The position numbers were made by a program, and so were the translations under genes. From Syntrophaceae bacterium (GTDB lineage: Bacteria > Desulfobacterota > Syntrophia > Syntrophales > Smithellaceae), in NCBI GenBank assembly GCA_003139775.1, contig PLGI01000075.1:1-57491 (forward strand): a stretch of DNA of 57,491 bases, given 5' to 3'. The notes beneath the pieces were generated by a model. The model worked only from the letters and a program-made list of their open reading frames with translations, was not told where the DNA came from and searched no databases. This document shows positions 10,292 through 18,155 of this stretch, piece by piece (positions within the stretch are counted from its first letter, which is position 1; each line of letters opens with the position of its first letter).

Positions 10292-10708
10292 CTACTCTTG
10301 GATCTTCAACTTCGTCTGGGGGCCAAGATTCTTAACTTGAGTCGTAAACTCCTCAACCACTTCGGCAAATCTATTGCCTTCGGAAGCGGAGATCCATTCC
10401 ACGCGGAATCTTCCCGGTTCAATTCCTGCAAATTCCAGAATCTTTTTAGTCGTGGCAAGCCTTCTTCGCGCATAGAGATTTCCGGTATTGTAATGACAAT
10501 CGCCGGGATGACAACCGCCAACTAAAACTCCGTCCGCACCCAACTGAAGCGCCCTAAATATAAAAGAAGGATTGATGCGACTTGAGCACATCACCCGGAC
10601 AACCCGGACATTCTGCGGATACTGCAACCTAGTGGTGCCGGCAAGATCCGCCCCTGTATATGTGCACCAGTTGCAGGCTATACCCAATATTTTCGGTTCA
10701 AAATCCAT
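10292..10708 (-). CDS. mvhD: MvhD/FlxD [2Fe-2S] subunit
   Basis: CNWCTYTGADLAG, VMCSSR, GCHPGDCHY, WISASEG motifs; all Cys, no in-frame TGA. Confidence 0.9.
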   Translation of the reverse strand: MDFEPKILGIACNWCTYTGADLAGTTRLQYPQNVRVVRVMCSSRINPSFIFRALQLGADGVLVGGCHPGDCHYNTGNLYARRRLATTKKILEFAGIEPGRFRVEWISASEGNRFAEVVEEFTTQVKNLGPQTKLKIQE

Positions 10709-10795
10709 TTTAATTACCTCATAATTATTACGTGCCGTTCAAAAGTGCTCAGATGCGCAGCCCGGCGCATGCCGGGGGATTTCTATAACGTCATG

Positions 10796-12745
10796 CTAAA
10801 ACTCCATCAAGCCTTCCATCTCCGCCAACACCTGCTCGTTGGTAAAATGACGGGCAATAATCGCCGATGTCGGGCAGACGGATGCACAAAGACCGCAGCC
10901 TTTACACAAAGCCTCATTGATTTCGGAAACGCGTTTATCAACATTAAATGAGGGCGCGCTATAGGGACACACGCGCACACAGTTCTGACAACCGCAACAT
11001 GATGCGGGATTGACCATCGCCGTTGTCGCATCGAGTTCCATTTTATCCTTGACGACAATCGTCAATGCTTCCGCCGCCGCACCGTAAGCCTGCGCCACGG
11101 TATCGGGAATATCTTTCGGACTTTGACAAACACCGGCGATGAAAACACCTTCCGTCATCGTAGCCAACGGCGCCAGTTTAGGATGACGCTCCATGAAAAA
11201 GCCCTGTTTGTCGGTGCTCAAATTAAAGAGCCTGGCAAGGTCTTTGGAATCTGCCCGAGGCACGATGGCCGGGCAAAGCACAACCATATCCACCGGCACC
11301 CTCAGAAACTTGCTGGTAAGCGTATCTTCCGCCTCGACAATCAAGCGCCCCGGTTCCTCTTCACTATCTGTAACACGAGCCCCTTTACCCCGAATAAACT
11401 TTACATCTTCCTCGATCAAGCGGTTGTAAAATTCTTCATAGCCTTTACCTGCCGCTCTCATATCAATATAAAACTGGTAAACATCTGCGGAGGTTTTTTC
11501 TTTGAAGAGATGTGCAAATTTAAGCGAGTACATACAGCAAACGCGGCTGCAATGCTCACAATAATTTTTATCACGGCTGCCTATGCAATGCAGAAGGGCA
11601 ATGGACTGAGGCTCCTTGCCGTCACGCAGCGTTACCTTGCCGCCGGTGGGACCAGCGGAATTAAACAGTCTTTCCACTTCCAGCGAGTGATATACGCCGG
11701 GATACTGGCCGTAACCATATTGAACCAGCGGTTTGGTATCCATCAGATCATAGCCCGTCGCAACAATGACCGCTCCGACTTTCACTGTGGAGAAGGTTTC
11801 CTGCTGTTCGAAATCAATAGCCTTTTGTTCGCAGACTTTCTGACAAAGTTTGCACTTGCCTTTGATAAAATAAGTACAAGACTCTCTGTCGATAACCGGT
11901 TTTTGCGGCACAGCCTGCGGAAATGGAATGTAAATAGCTTTTCTCTTCACCAGACCTTCATCCCATTCGGAGACGCCTTTGCCGGGACATTTCTCCGTAC
12001 AGGCCAGACAGGCATTACACTTGTTATGATCGACATAACGCGCCTTCTGTTTAATGGTGATATCAAAGTTGCCCACATAGCCTTTGACTTCTGTAACTTC
12101 AGAGTAGGTAAGCATTTGAATGTTCTTGTGCTGCAAAACGGCATCCATTTTAGGGGTCAGAATACAGGCGGAGCAATCCAGAGTGGGAAATGTTTTGTCA
12201 AACTGGGCCATATGGCCGCCGATCGTAGAATTTTTTTCCACGAGATATACTTTTGTGCCGGTATTGGCCAGTTCAAGAGCTGCCTGAATTCCGGCGATGC
12301 CACCGCCGACGACCAATACATCAGGGTTGACGTCAATAACGCGCGAGGTCAGCGGCGCCAAAAGCCGTGCGCGATAAACCGCGCCGTTGAGCAGCGCCTT
12401 GGCCTTTGCTGTGCCTTCTTCGATATCATGAGTTACCCAGGAAAGCTGTTCGCGGATGTTGACTATGGTTAGCAGGTATTGATTCAAGCCTGCATTTTCA
12501 ATAACTTTGCGGAAGGTTTTTTCGTGCATTAACGGAGAACAAGCCGTAACAATCACGCGGTCGAGTTTATATTCTTTGATATCACGTTGAATCATTTCCT
12601 GTCCGGGCGTGGAACACATAAACTTATAGTCTCTTGCTACAACAACATCCGGCAGTGTAGCTGCAAATTCCGCCAATTCGCTTACCCGAACCGTCTTGGC
12701 TATATTCAAACCGCAGTGGCAAACAAAAACACCAATTCTGCTCAT
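10796..12745 (-). CDS. hdrA: Heterodisulfide reductase subunit A-like flavoprotein
   Basis: IGVFVCHCG, GGGIAG, DKTFPTLDCSAC, CSRVCCMYS motifs, C-terminal ferredoxin domain. Confidence 0.93.
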   Translation of the reverse strand: MSRIGVFVCHCGLNIAKTVRVSELAEFAATLPDVVVARDYKFMCSTPGQEMIQRDIKEYKLDRVIVTACSPLMHEKTFRKVIENAGLNQYLLTIVNIREQLSWVTHDIEEGTAKAKALLNGAVYRARLLAPLTSRVIDVNPDVLVVGGGIAGIQAALELANTGTKVYLVEKNSTIGGHMAQFDKTFPTLDCSACILTPKMDAVLQHKNIQMLTYSEVTEVKGYVGNFDITIKQKARYVDHNKCNACLACTEKCPGKGVSEWDEGLVKRKAIYIPFPQAVPQKPVIDRESCTYFIKGKCKLCQKVCEQKAIDFEQQETFSTVKVGAVIVATGYDLMDTKPLVQYGYGQYPGVYHSLEVERLFNSAGPTGGKVTLRDGKEPQSIALLHCIGSRDKNYCEHCSRVCCMYSLKFAHLFKEKTSADVYQFYIDMRAAGKGYEEFYNRLIEEDVKFIRGKGARVTDSEEEPGRLIVEAEDTLTSKFLRVPVDMVVLCPAIVPRADSKDLARLFNLSTDKQGFFMERHPKLAPLATMTEGVFIAGVCQSPKDIPDTVAQAYGAAAEALTIVVKDKMELDATTAMVNPASCCGCQNCVRVCPYSAPSFNVDKRVSEINEALCKGCGLCASVCPTSAIIARHFTNEQVLAEMEGLMEF

Positions 12746-12805
12746 AATTTCTCCCTACTTTTTTCCTTCATAATCATCATTCTATCTTTTTTATTTTCAA
12801 CTGCA

Positions 12806-13981
12806 TTACACGCTGCAGGCATCCACAACCGGCTCGTCGATGCTAATTTCCAGGCTTTCCAGAACAAGTTCCGTGACATCCTTCACTGAAATTTTATCAT
12901 CAGCATTGAGTGTGCGGATACTGTCTTCAAACATGGTTATGCAATAAGGACACGAGGTAGCCAAAATAGATGCTCCCGTTGATAACGCCTCTTCTATCCT
13001 CAGATCGCTTAAACGTTCTCCCTTGAGTTTTTCCATCCACAATCCGCCGCCGCCGCCGCCGCAGCACATGCTTTGTTCGCGGCTGCGCTTCATCTCGACA
13101 AATTCAAGACCCGGTATGGATTTCAGAACATCGCGCGGTGCGTCATAAACACCGCTGTGCCGTCCCAAATAACAAGGATCATGATACGTGACCTTGGCAC
13201 CGCCAAAATCTTTCTTGGGGATCAGCTTGCCTTCTTTTATCTTTTTGTCAATCAATTTACTGAGATGGAGAACTTCATAATCCTGTCCGTAATCTTTCTT
13301 GAATGATGCCAGGCAGTGGGGTGATACCGTGATTATTTTGCTTACGCCGGAAGACGTGAAGAAATTCAGATTATTGTTTTTCAGCCTTTCGAACAACTCC
13401 AGATCGCCGACCTTTTTTAAGCTCTCACCGCAGCAATTGACATCTGTAGTCGGCAACCCCCAACTGATTCCTGTCTGATTCAATACTTCAGCGGCGGCCT
13501 TTGCCAGCTTAACATTGCGGGGATCATAACAAACAGTGCAGCAAGTCCAGAACAGGTATTCCTTATCTTCGGAAAACAGCGGATATTTTTCTTTAGTCCA
13601 GTCGTTACGACTTCCCTGATCGCCTGACCAGGGATTGCCTCGGGCCGACATGCTGCCAACAAAAGCACGGAGGCTCTGCGGAAGCATACCTCCGCCGCTG
13701 TATACATTACGAATGGCCATAACCACATCAATAAGTTCGACACCGCGAGGGCATCTGTCCACACAGAATTTGCAGGTGGAACAGCCCCACATAAAATCTT
13801 CAATACCGTCCAAACCCAACTGGCCATAGCGGACAAGCTTGCGAATATTGAAATGGGTAATGGGCGTCCATGGACAAGTGCCGCTGCATGTTCCGCACTG
13901 ATAACATTTTTTCAGTGCCTCGCCACCGGCATCCATTATCGCCTGGGACATTTCCAGGTAAGGCGTAACTGCTTGTGACAT
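12806..13981 (-). CDS. HdrD/BamD-like Fe-S protein (2x4Fe-4S plus two CCG domains)
   Basis: CYQCGTCSGTCP, CSTCKFCVDRCP, CCG, YHDPCYLGR, CCGGGGG, TSCPYC motifs. Confidence 0.85.
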   Translation of the reverse strand: MSQAVTPYLEMSQAIMDAGGEALKKCYQCGTCSGTCPWTPITHFNIRKLVRYGQLGLDGIEDFMWGCSTCKFCVDRCPRGVELIDVVMAIRNVYSGGGMLPQSLRAFVGSMSARGNPWSGDQGSRNDWTKEKYPLFSEDKEYLFWTCCTVCYDPRNVKLAKAAAEVLNQTGISWGLPTTDVNCCGESLKKVGDLELFERLKNNNLNFFTSSGVSKIITVSPHCLASFKKDYGQDYEVLHLSKLIDKKIKEGKLIPKKDFGGAKVTYHDPCYLGRHSGVYDAPRDVLKSIPGLEFVEMKRSREQSMCCGGGGGGLWMEKLKGERLSDLRIEEALSTGASILATSCPYCITMFEDSIRTLNADDKISVKDVTELVLESLEISIDEPVVDACSV

Positions 13982-14457
13982 TCAACATCTCCTGTTATTT
14001 AGAAGCGTAATTTAAAATACAACCGAATTTATAATCTGTAAGAGAAAAATTTTTTAGTGGAGGTCTGTCTGGAAAAGCCGGAACCGGGTGTATAGTTATT
14101 TATCCAAGATTGCTTTTCTTAATTTAACTGCACTAATTTTTCCGTTATCTCTCAGCTCTTGATTATAACTCGTTTTTCTATGTTAAAAAGCGTCTCAGCT
14201 ACCGTATTAGACAAGATCCAACCGGCGTGGATCTGCTAACATAAATTGATAAACCTGTCAAGAGTATAAGCTTATTTTTTTTAATTTTCCCTTCTAACTT
14301 ATTGATATAATAAAAATAAAAAATGACTGCCGTTCACTGACCGGCGTTCACGAAAAACTGAACAAACAACGTCTTCAGTTATCCGCAAGTTTTCAAAAAC
14401 CATTATTTGATATCAATCACGGGTATGAACCACCAAAGCAGGTTTTGGAAACAAATT

Positions 14458-14553
14458 CCGCAGCAAGCTGCGGGGTATTATATCCATGCTTATGCAGGAT
14501 AATTAGACTAACAAACTTTGATGCGCTTAGCTTTTAAAGCTTGAGTCTCATTA
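14458..14553. repeat. REP-like palindrome plus a short element with TAAT(T/G)AGAC ends
   Basis: CCGCAGCAAGCTGCGG palindrome at 14458; TAATTAGACT...AGTCTCATTA at 14500-14553, with ends shared by the elements at 21061, 23418 and 45276. Confidence 0.6.
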
Positions 14554-14656
14554 CAACTTAACAATTCCGCTACGCCTATAGTGACCCCATGGTGCCCTTC
14601 AGGGTATTTAGGTTATTCGCTTTCGTAATTGTAGTTTCACAAATAATTTTAGTCTG

Positions 14657-15253
14657 TTAAGCAGGAAGTGAACTTAAATGATCTTCCATGAATTGCCAGA
14701 TATCATCCTTGCCCTTTTGCGTTACTGCCGAAAAAAGGATGGGCTTTTTGTCAGCCGATACACCAAGAGTTCGTTCGATCGCGCGCTTACGAGCTATCAC
14801 CTGATTATTGGATAATTTATCGGTCTTGGTCAAAATATATAAATAAGGTATGCGGTAATTTTCCAACCAGTCACGCAAAGACAAATCATCTTCACTGGGA
14901 TCGCGCCGGATATCCAGGATTAAAATTACCAGAGCAAGGCTCAGTCTCTCCCGCAAATAGGCTTCAATCATATCTCCCCAGTCTTTTTTCACGGACTGAG
15001 CAACCTTGGCAAAACCATAGCCGGGAAGATCAACAAACGACACCATTTCGTTAATCGTGAAAAAATTGATCAACTGCGTACGGCCAGGAGTATTGCTAGT
15101 CTTTGCTAATTTCTTGCGCCCGACAAGCGTATTGATTAAAGATGATTTGCCAACGTTGGAACGCCCGACAAAAGCGATTTCCGGCAGTGTAGCCGGTGGA
15201 TATTGAGGCGGCCAAACCGCACTTTTGATAAATTCCGCACTTATTATTTTCAT
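14657..15253 (-). CDS. engB: Ribosome biogenesis GTPase YihA/YsxC
   Basis: GRSNVGKSSLIN, PGRTQLIN, DLPGYGF, TKTDK motifs. Confidence 0.95.
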   Translation of the reverse strand: MKIISAEFIKSAVWPPQYPPATLPEIAFVGRSNVGKSSLINTLVGRKKLAKTSNTPGRTQLINFFTINEMVSFVDLPGYGFAKVAQSVKKDWGDMIEAYLRERLSLALVILILDIRRDPSEDDLSLRDWLENYRIPYLYILTKTDKLSNNQVIARKRAIERTLGVSADKKPILFSAVTQKGKDDIWQFMEDHLSSLPA

Positions 15254-15267
15254 AATTTAATATTAGA

Positions 15268-15389
15268 GTGCTGTTGAAAAACTCTCACCTGCTGTGTTGC
15301 GCTCCATTCGTGTCGCTGCGACCTACGCAAAAGTAGGCCTCACTCCATGATACTCGCGCGCCTTGCATCTGAACATTTTTGAACAGCCC
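15268..15389. mobile_element. 122-bp MITE-like element, family 1, copy A
   Basis: Ends GTGCTGTTGAAAAA...TTTTTGAACAGCCC; closely matches the reverse complement of 16589-16710. Confidence 0.8.
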
Positions 15390-15417
15390 CACTGTCCCAT
15401 ATTTTCTCCATAATATT

Positions 15418-16434
15418 TTATCTAGGCATATCGTCAGGAATATAAAAAAGATCAGTTCCGGAAACCATCTCAATTTTATCTTCCATAAATTTCTTCATAG
15501 CTATAACATCATATAACGTTAATAAGCGTTCTTTATGGCTCTGATATTCTTTTTCTTGTACCTGTATAAAAATTTTTACTAAAGTAGGATGCATAGCGTT
15601 AATGATCATTTGATCTGTTTCACGGTTAAAATATGGCAATGAATATCCAATAATTACTAATGTTGTTGTTCCTTGGAGTTCTTGTTTAACTTTATCTTCA
15701 ATGTCTTTTTTTTCCCATGCAAAAGAAATATTAGGTTGATAGCCTACAACTTCTCCTTCTATGGTTGTAAAGTTTTTAAATAGTTTAATGACCTCTTCCA
15801 AAAAGGGAATGTTGAAATCACAATGGCCCAAAAATCTCGTATTATCTTTCTCTGGTAAAGCACAAGTTCCATTTAATCTAATAATATTTTTATTTAGTGT
15901 CAGTCCCGTATAAACAAGAGATGAATCCGTACAAAATCCCTCATATGATTTTTCCAGTTGTGTATCATAATTCCATGTTATTATATTAATTCCATCGGGC
16001 AATAATGGTATGCCATTTGAATTGCTGGATAAAATGGACGCAAAAAAATTGTCATATCTTCTGTCTGCCGGCTTAAATGATTGTTCTAGTAGAAAATAGC
16101 AGGAAAGAGTGGCTTTAAGTTTCTTCAATTCCTTTATCGCTTCATTATTGTCTTTTTTAATAAATAGTTTTTTAGCATATGTATCAATAGAAGCGTGTAT
16201 ATCTACTTTTTCTTTAAGCCAATTAATATATTTTATGAGGTCTTCTGCATATTTACCCCTCGGATGTAATAAATACTCTGTAGATGCTAAATTTTTGTTT
16301 TCAATATGAAGACGAATATCTATGTTTTCTTGAAGCCTATCTTTGAAGTCTGCTAACTTTTCAGGAAAACCTTTTACCATAGGAAGATATTCACAACTTG
16401 CTCCAGCCCCTAACAGGTAAGTAATTTTACTCAT
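15418..16434 (-). CDS. SIR2-like (SIR2_2-type) domain protein, possible anti-phage NADase
   Basis: YLLGAGAS, IITWNYD, IRLNG, LVIIGYSLP motifs; markedly AT-rich relative to its neighbours. Confidence 0.7.
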   Translation of the reverse strand: MSKITYLLGAGASCEYLPMVKGFPEKLADFKDRLQENIDIRLHIENKNLASTEYLLHPRGKYAEDLIKYINWLKEKVDIHASIDTYAKKLFIKKDNNEAIKELKKLKATLSCYFLLEQSFKPADRRYDNFFASILSSNSNGIPLLPDGINIITWNYDTQLEKSYEGFCTDSSLVYTGLTLNKNIIRLNGTCALPEKDNTRFLGHCDFNIPFLEEVIKLFKNFTTIEGEVVGYQPNISFAWEKKDIEDKVKQELQGTTTLVIIGYSLPYFNRETDQMIINAMHPTLVKIFIQVQEKEYQSHKERLLTLYDVIAMKKFMEDKIEMVSGTDLFYIPDDMPR

Positions 16435-16556
16435 GCGCCTATCTCAACAAAAATTATTTTTTTGGTTTCTTTTCGTATTTTTAATAAAATTAGGGCCAAT
16501 TCTTGAAATATCAGTTTTCTTTTCCTCAATTGTATTTGTGTTTTCACTATTACTGG

Positions 16557-16576
16557 ATTCCCGCCTACGCGGGAAT
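16557..16576. repeat. REP-like palindrome ATTCCC-N8-GGGAAT (dRS3-like)
   Basis: GGATTCCCGCCTACGCGGGAATGAC; degenerate relatives near 4417 and 28331. Confidence 0.6.
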
Positions 16577-16588
16577 GACAACTTTTAG

Positions 16589-16710
16589 GGGCTGTTCAAA
16601 AATGCTTAGATGCAAGGCGCGCGAGTATCGCGGAGTGAGGCCTACTTTTTCGTAGGTCGCAGCGACGCGAACGGAACGCAACACAGCAGATAGGCATTTT
16701 TCAACAGCCC
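16589..16710. mobile_element. 122-bp MITE-like element, family 1, copy B (inverted relative to copy A)
   Basis: GGGCTGTTCAAAAA...TTTTTCAACAGCCC terminal inverted repeats. Confidence 0.8.
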
Positions 16711-16711
16711 G

Positions 16712-18112
16712 CTACTCCCGCTCAAAAGTAATGCCGTACTTTTCCAGCTTCCGTTCGAAGGTCGGCCGGGAAATTCCCAGTGTCTCACAAATTTCCCCTT
16801 TGTTTTTATCCGTCTCTTTGATAACTTTGCGAATGTATCGTTCTTCCACTTCATCCAGAGTTAAAAATTTGCCCGGCTCCGGCGATTTAAATAAATCATC
16901 AGACGTATCGCCCGGCAATTTAGAAGCATCTTCTTTATCCAATTCCGGAAAATCACTAACTCCCAAAACCTGCCCTTTGGCCACAACACAGGCGCGCACA
17001 AGCAGATTTTCCAGTTCCCGGATATTGCCCGGCCAATTATAATTCATGAAAATTTCCATCATTTCGTCGGAAACACCGATGACCTTTTTGTGCAGATCCA
17101 AATTAATTTTTGCCAGCAGGTAGTCTATCAACGACGGAATATCCTGGCGGCGTGTGCGCAGCGGCGGTAAGTTAATGGCTACAATATTCAGACGATAATA
17201 CAAATCATCGCGAAATTTTCCTTCATTAACCAAAGTCTTTAAATCTTTGTTTGTCGCGGCCATAATCCGGGCGTTAACCTTGACCTTATCTTTCCCCCCC
17301 ACTCTGTCGAATTCCATTTCCTGCAAAACTCGCAAAAGTTTCGCCTGCAGGTTTACGGACATTTCGCTGATTTCATCCAGAAAGACTGTGCCGAAACGCG
17401 CCAATTCAAACTTGCCCAGTTTTCGTGCGATAGCGCCGGTGAAAGATCCCTTTTCATGACCGAATAATTCCGATTCCAGCAGGGTTTCGACAATGGCCGA
17501 ACAGTTGACTGCGATAAAAGGTTCGTCGGGTGACGTATTATGATGAATGACTTTAGCAATCAACTCTTTGCCCGTGCCGCTCTCTCCTTGAATCAAAACG
17601 GTGGTGCGGCTCTGAGAAACAGTCCCGATAGTTTTAAAAATTTCCCGCATTTCATTACCGGTGCCGATTATATCTCCCACCCGGAAACTCCTTGACGGTT
17701 CCATCAAAAGTCCGTCAATCTTTTTTTCCATTTCCAGAGATTTCAAGGCTTTCTTAATAGCCAGATCCAGTTCATCGACATTGACCGGTTTATGAATATA
17801 ATCAAAAGCGCCGCTTTTCATGGCTTTGATGGTTGTCTCCATGTCATGAAAAGCGGTGATCATGATGACCTTGATGTTTTCATTTTCTTCTTTGAGATCT
17901 TCCAGTACCGAGAACCCATCAATGTCAGGCAAACGGATATCCAGAATGACGACATCAGATTGTTCCTGAACATACTTATTCAAACCTTCCGTGCCGGTCA
18001 GGGCTGTGCGAACTTTGTAACCTTCCTCAGTTAAATACAGATCCAGTGTTTCCACAATCGAAGCATCATCATCAATAACAAGAATACTCGGCATAACCTT
18101 AACCTTCGCCAT
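16712..18112 (-). CDS. sigma54-dependent response regulator (NtrC/AtoC family)
   Basis: Receiver domain (ILDIRLPD), GESGTGKE, ESELFGHEKGSFTGA, WPGNIRELEN, C-terminal Fis-type HTH. Confidence 0.93.
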   Translation of the reverse strand: MAKVKVMPSILVIDDDASIVETLDLYLTEEGYKVRTALTGTEGLNKYVQEQSDVVILDIRLPDIDGFSVLEDLKEENENIKVIMITAFHDMETTIKAMKSGAFDYIHKPVNVDELDLAIKKALKSLEMEKKIDGLLMEPSRSFRVGDIIGTGNEMREIFKTIGTVSQSRTTVLIQGESGTGKELIAKVIHHNTSPDEPFIAVNCSAIVETLLESELFGHEKGSFTGAIARKLGKFELARFGTVFLDEISEMSVNLQAKLLRVLQEMEFDRVGGKDKVKVNARIMAATNKDLKTLVNEGKFRDDLYYRLNIVAINLPPLRTRRQDIPSLIDYLLAKINLDLHKKVIGVSDEMMEIFMNYNWPGNIRELENLLVRACVVAKGQVLGVSDFPELDKEDASKLPGDTSDDLFKSPEPGKFLTLDEVEERYIRKVIKETDKNKGEICETLGISRPTFERKLEKYGITFERE

Positions 18113-18155
18113 TCAACGGGTTTCTCAAACTTCATGATCCGTTTTTATAATTTTA

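Noticed and set aside
11123-12472. Long antisense ORFs (449 aa here; also 53255-54391 and 55819-57051)
   Set aside because: These are shadow frames opposite well-supported genes and have no recognisable motifs.
10292-12745. Selenocysteine in HdrA or MvhD
   Set aside because: Both ORFs are uninterrupted with Cys at the relevant motifs and no in-frame TGA.
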